Source: a virus (Duplodnaviria; Caudoviricetes). Taken from it: 41,445 bases of DNA. Below, piece after piece: positions 7,565 to 17,524 of this stretch; the first letter of the stretch is position 1; each line of letters opens with the position of its first letter. Where the stretch lies: IMG/VR virus record IMGVR_UViG_3300045557_000070, positions 1-41,445 of that record. The stretch is one strand, 5' to 3'. Under the pieces are notes generated by a model, which searched no databases, was not told where the DNA came from, and worked only from the letters and a program-made list of their open reading frames with translations. A program made the position numbers and the translations under genes.

Positions 7565-9770
7565 CCATATACCTCCTTGCCTTGATTGATCCAGATAACG
7601 CTCCGTTAAATTTAAGGGTATGGTCATAGATCCGGATCAGCATATCGGGGATATACCGGTTTTCCAAAAAAGCCAGATCATTGGCATCGATGCGGGGTTC
7701 TCCCCGGTACTGAAGCTCATACTCCCGGTCCGCTTTCATGTAGTTCCCGATCCAGTCAGCCAAGTCAGCGGCATGGATCATGCCAGACACCAGGGGGTTT
7801 TCCCAGGTCTCCAGGCTGCCAGTAGGGTTTAATTGCCTGCTTACCTTGGCCTGGCTTGTCGTGTATTCTCGGCCAGTCAAAACAACTTCTACCGCACCGG
7901 CAGCCCCCGCAATCTCCACAGTGGCATAATAACTACTATTGTCAACAATAACAGCCTCCTGCCCCTCCTGCGGCTCTGTTAGAGTACAGGATAAGTCATA
8001 GGCCGCATTATAAAAGTAAAAAGTATACCTGTTTTCTGCAGGTGTGACTACAATCGTCTCTTTGGCCAGCTCTTTGTTCTCCCCAGCCTGATTGTAAATA
8101 GTCCGGATCACCTGCAGCTCTCGCACCTTGGCCTGCTGGATACCTTTCGGGGTCTTGATCAGCTCATGGCCATATTCTAAGTGGTAGTCCGTCACATCTC
8201 CAAAACCGATGTAGTCCAGCAAGATCCGGTTAAGCGGTAGAGCCTTTGTAAACTCAATCTCCATGCGGTCAAAGGTTTTAAACTCCCGGCTAACAATCGT
8301 TTCCTGGTTGATCTGCCGGATTGTAATATTTTCCACCGGTTCTCCGAACAAACCTGTATGTATAACAAATTCTTCCGGAGGATTTCCTCCAAAAAGGAAC
8401 TGCACTCCAAAGCAGGTAAAGGAAGCTTCTAGCTGCACTGTAACACGGGGATTTTCTATAAAGGTACCGTCCTCCCTGCTCATGGCTTGACTGACATATC
8501 CCATATCCAGATAGGGGGTCTGTTCAGTGATAAAATACTGACTGGCATCCGCCTTAGTAAAATCTGATGCGTAGGAAGCGTATTCTGCTTTCTTTCCCGG
8601 TTTTAAGATGTTCTCGGCCTGGCTATACTCCGTCCCTTCTTCACCACTGGCCGCCATATCTGGAATGAAGCTGGATCGTAAAAAGATGCTGCCACTCCTG
8701 TCCTGATAGAGAATGCACCTGCCTGCATTGGCGATCAGCTGCAGGGCTTCCTTGTGAGAGACAACCGGCATCGGGTTGGAAACCTTTACGGTCTTTAAAT
8801 AAGGATCGATCCAATAGGACCGGGAATCTACCTTGGCAACTGAAAACACATCAGCCGCCAGATCATACAGGCTGATCCCTTCCGGTCGGTATAGGCCTTT
8901 ATAATAGGTTCCGTCCATGCCGTCAAAACGATCTGTTGCTGAAAATTCCATCTGCTCATCATCGGCAGACCATTCTTTCAGCTGAACAGTTGCACCAGGA
9001 AACCATTCCACGGATCCGTCATCAAGCTCCTGGCCGTATAAAACTGTGATATCCTGACCAATCTCCAGGAAGTTTACAGAGCTATCGGCGTTCTCCACAT
9101 CAAAAGCCCGGTCCTTATTATTTACGGTCAGATTAAAATCAATGGTCGGCAGCTCTTCCATAATGGGGCTGACGTGCTCCCTTTTGGTAGCTGAAAGGAT
9201 CTTTCGGCTGTCAAAATATACACCGATACCCATAGTTACCATGTGGATCCGGAACCGGCTCTGACCATTTATCATGGTTGAAGGGGTGAAGCGCAGGAAC
9301 GTTGCCCCGTTGAAGATCTCCTCTGTGACAAAATGTCCGTCTGTATTTCCCTTGATTGCCACCATATTGTTATCGGATTCTATGACAAAATTCACGGGGT
9401 AGGCTTTTCCAAACTCAATCGTTAAGCCTTTGATGTCATACTCAATCGGAAACCGGATCTCTATAGGGCTAAGAAGATCCTTTGAGACAAGGCCCTGATT
9501 GAGCACCACATCCGATCTCTCCCTTGGAAGGAAGTACATGCTGCCGTCCACCGCCGTGTAGTCCTGGTCACAGGTGGCATATAGCTCCTTAACTTCGTAA
9601 TTGTCCAGGGGCATTTTAAAACTGCTGTAATACGTGTAGTTTTCTTTGTCTGGGACGTAAGCGCTGGCTTGGGCCAGTTGATTTATAAGACCGATGGTCA
9701 CCCTCATATACGAGTGATTTCTCAGCGCTTCTTTCATATGTACTTTGTAGGACTGGCTCATAGCCTGCAT
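7548..9770 (-). CDS. Large tail tip / baseplate hub protein
   Basis: 740 aa, second gene after the tape measure; C-terminal YRGEPRIDAND hub-like motif. Confidence 0.75.
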   Translation of the reverse strand: MQAMSQSYKVHMKEALRNHSYMRVTIGLINQLAQASAYVPDKENYTYYSSFKMPLDNYEVKELYATCDQDYTAVDGSMYFLPRERSDVVLNQGLVSKDLLSPIEIRFPIEYDIKGLTIEFGKAYPVNFVIESDNNMVAIKGNTDGHFVTEEIFNGATFLRFTPSTMINGQSRFRIHMVTMGIGVYFDSRKILSATKREHVSPIMEELPTIDFNLTVNNKDRAFDVENADSSVNFLEIGQDITVLYGQELDDGSVEWFPGATVQLKEWSADDEQMEFSATDRFDGMDGTYYKGLYRPEGISLYDLAADVFSVAKVDSRSYWIDPYLKTVKVSNPMPVVSHKEALQLIANAGRCILYQDRSGSIFLRSSFIPDMAASGEEGTEYSQAENILKPGKKAEYASYASDFTKADASQYFITEQTPYLDMGYVSQAMSREDGTFIENPRVTVQLEASFTCFGVQFLFGGNPPEEFVIHTGLFGEPVENITIRQINQETIVSREFKTFDRMEIEFTKALPLNRILLDYIGFGDVTDYHLEYGHELIKTPKGIQQAKVRELQVIRTIYNQAGENKELAKETIVVTPAENRYTFYFYNAAYDLSCTLTEPQEGQEAVIVDNSSYYATVEIAGAAGAVEVVLTGREYTTSQAKVSRQLNPTGSLETWENPLVSGMIHAADLADWIGNYMKADREYELQYRGEPRIDANDLAFLENRYIPDMLIRIYDHTLKFNGALSGSIKARRYMDVDTT

Positions 9771-10150
9771 TACTCAATCACCCCGCAATCAATCAAGTTT
9801 ACCTTGCAATTAATATATTTTGTGGGAAAACCATCATCATCAACCATGTAGGGCTCTGCTGATCGGTCACCAGGATACATCTTAAGAGTTCTCCACTGGT
9901 TTGTTACCATATCTGGAAACCTGACCGTTACAAAGAACTGATCAAACTCTCGAAGCATGGCGGACCAAGTTTCTGCATCCAGGATCGGCCAGACAAGGGC
10001 ATCCAGTTTATTTTGATCCCTTCCGATTTTCTGCCCCACCACTTCACCGCTTGCAGTTCTTGCAGATGACACTATAGTTGAGACAACAAAATTAAGTCCT
10101 CTCTTTGGTGATGGAAATGTTTTTCCATTTACATAAATTGTTGCTGCCAT
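9770..10150 (-). CDS. Distal tail (Dit-like) protein
   Basis: Immediately after the tape measure; SARTASG and MYPGDR motifs. Confidence 0.7.
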   Translation of the reverse strand: MAATIYVNGKTFPSPKRGLNFVVSTIVSSARTASGEVVGQKIGRDQNKLDALVWPILDAETWSAMLREFDQFFVTVRFPDMVTNQWRTLKMYPGDRSAEPYMVDDDGFPTKYINCKVNLIDCGVIE

Positions 10151-10169
10151 TTTTCACCTCTCTTTTGGG

Positions 10170-10208
10170 CAAAAGGAAAGCACCCTGATTGCTCAAGGTG
10201 CCCTTCCT
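10170..10208 (-). terminator. Putative terminator after the tape measure gene
   Basis: GGAAGGGCACC..GGTGCTTTCC stem followed by TTTT. Confidence 0.55.
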
Positions 10209-10224
10209 AAAATGTATTTCCTGC

Positions 10225-13200
10225 TTATACCGTCTTTACATTTCTAAAACTATATCCGCTACGCTTTTGAGTGTTCGTTTGCACTGTGGCCAACGTTCTG
10301 CCGTCTACAACCAAATTAATATTTGTCGGCTCACCAGAACCAGAATCCTGAAAAGCCGTCATTACATTGGCAACCGCCACCGCAACGCCCTCTGACACAG
10401 CGTCTACAATCTGCTTGTTGTTCATGACGCCCGATTTACTTCCGTATTTTCCAACGAGCTCCGGCCCTGCTTCATTAGCTAGAAAGAGTTGGCCTGAGTT
10501 TATTACTCCACCATCTGCGAATGCAGGAATATGGGGTATTGTAAAAAGTTGAACATCAAACGCCGGGAAGATTTCTTTGCCGCCAACCTCCAAACCATCA
10601 AATGATACATAAAACTTATCATTCAGCCAATCGATAAGCCTGTTAAGCTGCTCTCGTGCTGCATTGACTGCTACTTTAAATATATCTCTAAAAGCGTCAG
10701 GTACTCTTGCCATCATATCTGTCCATTGCTTAAGAGTAAACCATGGAGCGACATTATTCGTCCACCAATCGGAAATATCTGTCTTCCAAGCCCCTGCCGC
10801 AGTGTCCCAAGTATCTTTCAATTGTTTCTTAACGGTTTGGTATAACTCGCTCCATCTTTGTACTGTAAACCACGGACTTACATCATCTGACCACCAAGTA
10901 AATATGTCATTTTTCCACGCCTCTGACGCTTCGTCCCACTTCATTTTCAGCTGGGATTTAAGTGTTTCGTACAGATCACTCCATTTTTGTACGGTAAACC
11001 AGGGGGCAACATTTTTATTCCACCATGTACTAATATCTGTTTTCCAGGTTTCCGATGCGTTGTCCCAGGCATCTTTTAATTGCTTTTTGATCGTTTCGTA
11101 TAACTCAGCCCATTTTTGAACCGTGAACCAGGGAGAGACGCTTTCGCTCCACCACTTAGAAATATCTCCAGACCATTGGGACGCGGCATTGTCCCAAGTA
11201 TTTTTTAAGCTGGTTTTTACGCTTTCATAGATCGCGCTCCACCTCTCGAAAGTAAACCACGGTGAAACATTGCTCTCCCACCATCTTTGGATACCACTCG
11301 CCCATACCGCAACAGTTTCATCCCATTTCTTTTCCAGACTGGTTTTTATGTTATTATATAAACCACTCCATTTTTCAGCTGTAAACCATGGTGTAACGTC
11401 TTTCTCCCACCAGGATGGAATCCCTGTATTGTCCCACCACGCTTCAAATTCACTCCATTTTTTCTGGAAATTTTTATTGAGTCCATCAAGCCATGCAGAG
11501 TGATCTTTCTCTTCTTGTTGCCTGATTTTTTTGCCCTCTTCGATCCAATGCTTAATGGATTCGAATTGTTTTTTATATACATTGTCATTCAAATAGGCAT
11601 CGGTTGCACTGGACTGCTGTGCATATCTACTTCCCATACCCCATTTATTTTTCTGCACAGAATCATTTTTATTTTTATTCCACTCACCCTCTATTTCTTC
11701 CTTCTGCTCAGGGGTTCCGTTTTCGTACCGATCAAGCAGGTTCAAAGCGGTCGCCCAAGACAAGCCGGTAGCTGCAACAAGCGACAGTGTCAATGTTATT
11801 CCAAAGGTTGAAGCTCCGCCCGCAGCCAGAATGACACCTTTAAATTTATCAAAGAAATCAAGAGTATTCTTTGTAATCTTAAGGGCAGCCACAGACGTGG
11901 CGATAATTCCAATCCCGTACCCTACGGCTTTCGCCTGCTCCGGATCTATTCTCTTTATTGCATTTGCAATTCCATTCAGTCCACCCGGCACAACAATATT
12001 TATAAAACTGGCTCCCACATTCAACAAATCCTGGAAGAACTTTAAAAGCCCTTCCCCTACCTTTTCCGCAAAAGGCTCCAGTGCTTGCCAGAAATTTCTA
12101 AGTGCTTTATTGATTTTTGTCCAGTCAACTCGAAGCAGAAAATTATTGATTGCATCGGCAAACATAGGAATCCCGGTACCAAGTGTCCATTTTCCAAGAG
12201 GTACCAAAAACTCATGGTAGAAGTCTTTTAATCCCGTCCATATGAAGTCCCCAAGCTTCGCAAAGCCTTCATCCCACAACCGTTTCAGGGCCTCTCTTGT
12301 AGGATCTGCTGCTATCTTAATGGCATCTAGTGCTCCTTTTAATCTCTGCGCTGCTTCTTCTACTGCCGGATTGATCGTAACATCTGAAAACAGTTCCCCT
12401 GAAAAGTTGCCAAAATCCGGTACTCCTCCTACGCCGGCACCGCCAGTTCCATCACCGCCGTCTCCATCATCTGGATTAAAAACATTAAGTTCATCAATGC
12501 CCAGAGTGTACTCCTTTAACTTCTTCGCAGACTTCGCGGCATTTCCAAGGTTGTCAGCTACGGTTCCTGAAGCTCCTGCGGCATTCCCCATAGCATCAGA
12601 TACATCGCCAACTCCTCCTGCGTTTCCAAATAAAGCCGATGTAAAAGCCTTAAAATAACTGGCAAGCGTTTGTAACTTAGCCAATACCAGATTAATCACC
12701 TGAATCACAGGAGTGAAAGCATTAATGAGTCCCTGGCCTATGGTTGCTTTCAAAGCGTTGAATTGTTCACTTAGAATGCGGACCTGATTCGCCCAGCTTC
12801 CAGATGTTCTCGCAAAGTCACCTTGTGCAAAACGCAGCTTTTCCTGTACAAACGCATACCGAAGTGCCACCTTCTCCGCTTCGCTCATGGCCTTAGTTGT
12901 TTTTCCATAGCCATTTTCTAGAGCGTAGGCATCAAGTGCTGTCTGGGTCATGACAATGCCGAGATCTTTTAAGGTTTCAGTTTCTCCAGTAAAAATACTT
13001 TTTAACTTCGTAAACGCCTCTGCCTGGCTTGTGTCATAAAAAGATGCAACATCTGCCGCAAGACCTGTCAAAGAGATACCCATGGAAGCTGCTGATTCCT
13101 CAGAAAACTTAAATCCTCGTGCCATAGAAGCAAAAACGCCAGTATATCGTTTTGCCGCAATCTCTGACATACCAAATTGTTGGATCGCATTTTTAGCAAA

Positions 13201-13497
13201 TGAATCGATTCGCCCTTCCATGCTCGGGACGGCCTGTTGTATAACGTTATCTACCTCGGCCAACTGAGATCCCAAATCAATACACGACTTTCCAAACGCC
13301 ACGATGGCAGTAATACTTAAAGCTGCCGCTACAACACCAGCGATCTTCTTAAATGACGATGCCATTCTGGAGGTCTGCTGTTCTACATGGACTGTTGTCG
13401 CCGTTGTTTGTTTCTTTACCTTTTCCAGCTCATCACGGTACGGCTTTGTATATGCCTCAATGATTATCTGGAGCTTTTCCAGCGTCATGCCTTCCAG
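10225..13497 (-). CDS. Tail tape measure protein (start uncertain: CTG 13497 or ATG 13488)
   Basis: About 1090 aa, helical, Trp-periodic repeats, follows the tail chaperones; GGAGG at 13505-13509. Confidence 0.93.
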   Translation of the reverse strand: MEGMTLEKLQIIIEAYTKPYRDELEKVKKQTTATTVHVEQQTSRMASSFKKIAGVVAAALSITAIVAFGKSCIDLGSQLAEVDNVIQQAVPSMEGRIDSFAKNAIQQFGMSEIAAKRYTGVFASMARGFKFSEESAASMGISLTGLAADVASFYDTSQAEAFTKLKSIFTGETETLKDLGIVMTQTALDAYALENGYGKTTKAMSEAEKVALRYAFVQEKLRFAQGDFARTSGSWANQVRILSEQFNALKATIGQGLINAFTPVIQVINLVLAKLQTLASYFKAFTSALFGNAGGVGDVSDAMGNAAGASGTVADNLGNAAKSAKKLKEYTLGIDELNVFNPDDGDGGDGTGGAGVGGVPDFGNFSGELFSDVTINPAVEEAAQRLKGALDAIKIAADPTREALKRLWDEGFAKLGDFIWTGLKDFYHEFLVPLGKWTLGTGIPMFADAINNFLLRVDWTKINKALRNFWQALEPFAEKVGEGLLKFFQDLLNVGASFINIVVPGGLNGIANAIKRIDPEQAKAVGYGIGIIATSVAALKITKNTLDFFDKFKGVILAAGGASTFGITLTLSLVAATGLSWATALNLLDRYENGTPEQKEEIEGEWNKNKNDSVQKNKWGMGSRYAQQSSATDAYLNDNVYKKQFESIKHWIEEGKKIRQQEEKDHSAWLDGLNKNFQKKWSEFEAWWDNTGIPSWWEKDVTPWFTAEKWSGLYNNIKTSLEKKWDETVAVWASGIQRWWESNVSPWFTFERWSAIYESVKTSLKNTWDNAASQWSGDISKWWSESVSPWFTVQKWAELYETIKKQLKDAWDNASETWKTDISTWWNKNVAPWFTVQKWSDLYETLKSQLKMKWDEASEAWKNDIFTWWSDDVSPWFTVQRWSELYQTVKKQLKDTWDTAAGAWKTDISDWWTNNVAPWFTLKQWTDMMARVPDAFRDIFKVAVNAAREQLNRLIDWLNDKFYVSFDGLEVGGKEIFPAFDVQLFTIPHIPAFADGGVINSGQLFLANEAGPELVGKYGSKSGVMNNKQIVDAVSEGVAVAVANVMTAFQDSGSGEPTNINLVVDGRTLATVQTNTQKRSGYSFRNVKTV
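10715..11415 (-). repeat. Six 129-bp (43 aa) degenerate tandem repeats in the tape measure gene
   Basis: PWFT-coding GTRAACCA at 10736, 10865, 10994, 11123, 11252 and 11381. Confidence 0.9.
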
Positions 13498-13741
13498 CTT
13501 TACCACCTCCTGATCTGGCATGGTTATGGCGGTATGCATAGTCTATCATTTTAGCTTTGTACACCGCTAGCACCTGCTCCTGTTTCTTTTTTTCTGCTTC
13601 TGGTCTTTCCTGTGCAAATAAATCCGGAAAGTAGTCCCAAAGCTCAACAATTTGAACCTCATCAGAGCCATTCAAAATCAGGCTTACATACTGGGCTATA
13701 TCCTTTGCCAGGAAATGCTTTTCTATAAGCCTTTGCTTCAT
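13457..13741 (-). CDS. Tail assembly chaperone, C-terminal (gpT-like) frame, probably expressed by -1 frameshift
   Basis: Frame is open upstream to the slippery site at 13942-13948; no RBS before its ATG. Confidence 0.8.
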   Translation of the reverse strand: MKQRLIEKHFLAKDIAQYVSLILNGSDEVQIVELWDYFPDLFAQERPEAEKKKQEQVLAVYKAKMIDYAYRHNHARSGGGKAGRHDAGKAPDNH

Positions 13742-13881
13742 CCGCCTGCGTTCTTTTCGTTCAAAGCTTTCCAGTAACTCCTGTATCTCTGCAAGGGAAA
13801 GGCTCCAGAACCGCTCTGGATTAATTCCACAGTCTAGGGCAACCGGATAAAGTTCATTAACATAATCTGATAAAGTCTTTA

Positions 13882-14322
13882 TTACATGACTTCTTTCACT
13901 TCCTCCAGCTTCCGATCCATTTCCGTCTGCTGGTCCTCCGAGAAAAAACCGGATACACTGTAAATAGGCATGAGTACATCAGCCATAAACGAAAGCTGCG
14001 TACCACCTTCCTCGCAATATTTATCAAACATGGCCTGCACATCTGCATATTTGACCCCGTGCTCCCATGACTTCATAGCTCCCTGTGTAATGGAGAGCAT
14101 GATTGCCAGGGGCGGAACCCCTCCAGAATTAGAAAGAATATTTAAGAGATTGCACTTAAATTTATCCTCAAGCTGACAGATTACTGCCGTTGTAAGCTTA
14201 AGCTTATATTCCCTACCGCCTACATTCCAGTATGCAAATGGAGCTCGTTTCTTTTTATCTATGGCAGTTTCTTCTGCAACAGATTCTTCTTTTACATTTT
14301 CATCATCTAAGCCATATTTCAT
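13882..14322 (-). CDS. Tail assembly chaperone (gpG-like)
   Basis: Between tail tube and tape measure; contains SGFF coded by GGT TTT TTC. Confidence 0.85.
   Translation of the reverse strand: MKYGLDDENVKEESVAEETAIDKKKRAPFAYWNVGGREYKLKLTTAVICQLEDKFKCNLLNILSNSGGVPPLAIMLSITQGAMKSWEHGVKYADVQAMFDKYCEEGGTQLSFMADVLMPIYSVSGFFSEDQQTEMDRKLEEVKEVM
13942..13948 (-). other. -1 ribosomal frameshift slippery heptamer T TTT TTC
   Basis: X XXY YYZ in the correct phase; the -1 frame is stop-free to 13457. Confidence 0.8.
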
Positions 14323-14342
14323 TATGTACTACCTTCCTTTCC

Positions 14343-14753
14343 TTAAGCCGGGTCAACTACTTCAATATCCGTTTGCAATCCGAGATTGAGAGTAAATTCA
14401 ATGGCCGCATTTACTCCACCGCCTCCAACCTTTACACTGCACTGTGCATCAAAATGGAACTTGGTTCCATCTGGGAAAGTCTGCTCGAACGATACAGTTT
14501 CCCCTGTATCCGAAACATTCCTTAAAGTTCGATATGTAGAATTTTCTCCTTCATTTTCCCATTTAAACTTATAGGCCAGATCTCCCGGATCCCCGATGCC
14601 TAACTCTGAATGCTTCATTTTATCTTCCAAAGTGGTATTATCCACCTTCTCTGGATCCACACCAAGTTCCGGTACCTCTTTAAGTCCTTTCAAAATGATA
14701 TATGGGCTTGTTCCTTCTTTTTTTATGCCAAGTGTTATGCCATTTGCTAACAT
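14343..14753 (-). CDS. Major tail tube protein
   Basis: PELG.DPEKVD.TTLED, GIGDPG and FPDG motifs; position. Confidence 0.88.
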   Translation of the reverse strand: MLANGITLGIKKEGTSPYIILKGLKEVPELGVDPEKVDNTTLEDKMKHSELGIGDPGDLAYKFKWENEGENSTYRTLRNVSDTGETVSFEQTFPDGTKFHFDAQCSVKVGGGGVNAAIEFTLNLGLQTDIEVVDPA

Positions 14754-14767
14754 ACTCTTACTCCTTC

Positions 14768-15124
14768 CTAACTGTGATAGACCTGTTTAGTCTTTACATC
14801 GATTATCATTTCATACCGCATCTGCTTATGCTTTAAACCGCTGGGGTCCTCCACATCCATGCACTGAATACGCTTAAGGCCCAAGGCAGCTATGGCCTGA
14901 TCAACCGCCACGGCTGCCACAGAAGTGCTTTTTCTCGCCCAGATATCAATGCGGTATCGGCAATAAGTCTTCTGCTCTTCCATGTCCGTATACTCCATGA
15001 CCTTGTTATCTTCCTCCATATACTGGATCGAAAGGTCCTGCTCCCAATCTCTTGGATAATAGTCCGTTACATTGTCAGTAACGGTACAAAGAGCCGCATA
15101 TACTTCATCCTTTACATTGATCAC
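14768..15124 (-). CDS. Tail terminator / completion protein
   Basis: YRIDIW motif; position before the tail tube. Confidence 0.75.
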   Translation of the reverse strand: MINVKDEVYAALCTVTDNVTDYYPRDWEQDLSIQYMEEDNKVMEYTDMEEQKTYCRYRIDIWARKSTSVAAVAVDQAIAALGLKRIQCMDVEDPSGLKHKQMRYEMIIDVKTKQVYHS

Positions 15125-15657
15125 GGTTTTGCCGCCTTTCTTATTTCTCTTGTCAAATAATTAGAAACGTTACGGGTTGCCCGGTCCTCATTGTTTTTTA
15201 GGGCCGGATACATAAACGGCTGAGCTGCTTGCCCGGAAGTCTGGTAGAAACGTCCATGCAGGGTTTCAATAGAAAAAAAGTGATACTTCTCCGCCGTTTC
15301 TTTATCAATCTGGCTCTCATGGATCCACCAGGGAGATTGTGAATAAGCTGGAGAGACTGCCGGAGTTATCCCAGCATGTTCTGCTTCTCCGACTGGACCG
15401 GTTCCAAATTCTACAAAAGGACCATGTTTTTTATTGGTGTATGCTGTTCCAATTACCTTATCCTCTTGCAGTTCTAATGATGTTTTAATACTCTGCCGCA
15501 ATTCTCCATCATTAACCGGACACAAAAGCTTTGCTTCGCTCTGTACCATCTTTATGGAAGTTCCTACTGCTTTTTCCAGACCAGGGCCAGTAACACTATT
15601 GGACAGGCTGTTGTACTTCTTCATGAGCCTATCAAGCCCTTTTACACCACCTGCCAT
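15121..15657 (-). CDS. HK97 gp10-like tail component
   Basis: PV..G.LR.SI, VEFGTG and AQPFMYPA motifs. Confidence 0.88.
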   Translation of the reverse strand: MAGGVKGLDRLMKKYNSLSNSVTGPGLEKAVGTSIKMVQSEAKLLCPVNDGELRQSIKTSLELQEDKVIGTAYTNKKHGPFVEFGTGPVGEAEHAGITPAVSPAYSQSPWWIHESQIDKETAEKYHFFSIETLHGRFYQTSGQAAQPFMYPALKNNEDRATRNVSNYLTREIRKAAKP

Positions 15658-16028
15658 TACAGTTTCTCCAATTCCATATAAAGGTACCGGTATGGATGAA
15701 TCGCAATGATTTTATAATCCGGATCCGATTCTCCGGGAACATCAAGGCAGATGCCGTCACCCTCACGGATTGGCTGAGTACCGAACAGGTAGCTGACACG
15801 GCCCTTTTCATCAGTCTGTGTCTTGTACTTCCCGTCCAGCCGGCAGTTTCGGATATAGGAAAGCCGCTGGCCATACATTTCTGCCTGTAGCTTTCCTCCT
15901 GCAGGCCAGATTTCAGCCGTAACAGGCTTTGCCTCTCCGTATTCCGTGTATGAATTACCCTCGTTATCTTTAGCCTGTACTGCTAGCCTGTGGTGGTACT
16001 GTTTCAGGCGGTTCCTTTTTAGTCTCAT
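15657..16028 (-). CDS. Head closure / head-tail adaptor protein
   Basis: 123 aa; position between connector and gp10-like gene. Confidence 0.7.
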   Translation of the reverse strand: MRLKRNRLKQYHHRLAVQAKDNEGNSYTEYGEAKPVTAEIWPAGGKLQAEMYGQRLSYIRNCRLDGKYKTQTDEKGRVSYLFGTQPIREGDGICLDVPGESDPDYKIIAIHPYRYLYMELEKL

Positions 16029-16323
16029 AGGTTCTACCTCCTATTCGTGCCAGCCGATACCGGTCCAACACATCATAAATATGCTTTGGGGCATTTTCAA
16101 AGCTGTAACTTTCCCCGCCCTCGCTGCGGCCTGCTTCTCCTTCAGTTCCCATACGGTTTAAGGCAATCACTGCCAGATCACGGACGGTTTTCTGTAACGT
16201 TGAATGCAGCTCTGTCCGGTTGGTATAGGAAAGGACAAAATCCTTCGCATCTTCAAGCAAAAGGGAGAGCAATGCTGTATTACTCTCCCCAGTAAGCAAC
16301 TGTAACTTTTCCATTTCGTCCAA
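15970..16323 (-). CDS. Head-tail connector protein (SPP1 gp15-like)
   Basis: NRMGTEG...RSEGG.SYSF motif. Confidence 0.85.
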   Translation of the reverse strand: MDEMEKLQLLTGESNTALLSLLLEDAKDFVLSYTNRTELHSTLQKTVRDLAVIALNRMGTEGEAGRSEGGESYSFENAPKHIYDVLDRYRLARIGGRTYETKKEPPETVPPQASSTG

Positions 16324-16327
16324 TAGA

Positions 16328-16564
16328 TCACCCCTTTAAGACTTCCAGTAATTCATCTTTTGTCAGTGAGCTTGCACCGTGAATGCCTCTTTCTTTTGCA
16401 AGGGTTTTAAGTTCATCAACTTTCATCTCAGCAATTGATTTCTTTTCAGCCTCTTCCTGATCCTCCAGTTCTTTTTCCAGAGGTTCAAACCCTTCACTTT
16501 TAAGTTTAGCAATTACGGCTTCACTTTCCGCAATTCGTTCTACATTTCCCTTTACCAGTCTCAT
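16328..16564 (-). CDS. Small protein with Rho-N / HeH-like domain
   Basis: MKVDELKTLAKERGI.G.SSLTKDEL. Confidence 0.75.
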   Translation of the reverse strand: MRLVKGNVERIAESEAVIAKLKSEGFEPLEKELEDQEEAEKKSIAEMKVDELKTLAKERGIHGASSLTKDELLEVLKG

Positions 16565-16575
16565 GCTCTGCCCCC

Positions 16576-17505
16576 TTAAGCCTCATCTTTAATACTCAGA
16601 TAGATGCTGTCAAGTTTATTGTCCAGTACCCAGATGTCATGGAAACGCCTGTAGTCCATCTGCCACGCATTGAGCTTCTGGTTGATGGTCGGATCAAAGA
16701 TTCTCATAATGTCCTGCTTTGTGATTGCGATAGGCGTTGTACGAGGCAGCACCATGAAGTTAATATTTTTTGCTGTTGCACCCTTTGCATATCCACCGGC
16801 TTCCTGCCCCGGGGTTTTGCCATCATTGATCGTGATCGTTGTGTACATTCTGTTGGAAGGTGTGGAAATGATCGGAACACCATCTACAGAAGGAACTGCT
16901 GTCTCAATGCCGCCCTTGGAAAATGTGGTGTTGATAATCTTTCCGGATAACTCCATCTCTAATTCCAGGATGAAATCAGGAGTAGCATGGATTACCAGCG
17001 GACCATTGTATAATTCGCGGATTGCCTTAATACCTTCTTTGGCCTTGCGGAGTGCAGATGTTCCGGTAGCGCCTGGCGTATACCCGTAAGAAACCATTCC
17101 AGCTTTGTTGGCCGTGATCGTCTCACTTGCAATCTTCGAAATACGGTATGCATCAATCTCAGGCACCACATACATGCGCTGGAACTCTCCCATCACTGCG
17201 GCGGCTGTAGTAACAAAATTGTTTTCATTAATGTCAATCGGGTCAAGCTGGAACTTGCGACCTCTGTCCTGTGTCATTTTACGGGTTTCGTACTCTAAGG
17301 TAACTCCACCCTGCTGATACCCATTGTCACGGTCATAGTCTCCCATGCCCTGTACAGTCATCTTAGGGATCTTTACCTCTGCTCCTCCATTGTAAATCAC
17401 CTGTCCGGCATTGGAATCCATCCAACCGGTAACAGCTTCCTGAATTGCTACTTTATCCAGGGTGTTCTGAAATAAAGTTGCTGTTGCTAATGTGTTAATT
17501 GCCAT
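16576..17505 (-). CDS. Major capsid protein
   Basis: 309 aa after the scaffold gene; VKIP, DY.R..G, QDRGR.F..D, PEIDAYR motifs. Confidence 0.9.
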   Translation of the reverse strand: MAINTLATATLFQNTLDKVAIQEAVTGWMDSNAGQVIYNGGAEVKIPKMTVQGMGDYDRDNGYQQGGVTLEYETRKMTQDRGRKFQLDPIDINENNFVTTAAAVMGEFQRMYVVPEIDAYRISKIASETITANKAGMVSYGYTPGATGTSALRKAKEGIKAIRELYNGPLVIHATPDFILELEMELSGKIINTTFSKGGIETAVPSVDGVPIISTPSNRMYTTITINDGKTPGQEAGGYAKGATAKNINFMVLPRTTPIAITKQDIMRIFDPTINQKLNAWQMDYRRFHDIWVLDNKLDSIYLSIKDEA

Positions 17506-17524
17506 AATTTTTCATCATCCTTTC

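Noticed and set aside
10715-11415. Regularly spaced repeats as a CRISPR array
   Set aside because: Degenerate in-frame 129 bp coding repeats; no unique spacers or cas genes
10367-13513. Many plus-strand ORFs opposite the tape measure gene (and similar ones opposite lysin, capsid, portal and terminase)
   Set aside because: Antisense shadows of well-supported genes, with no RBS or recognisable motifs
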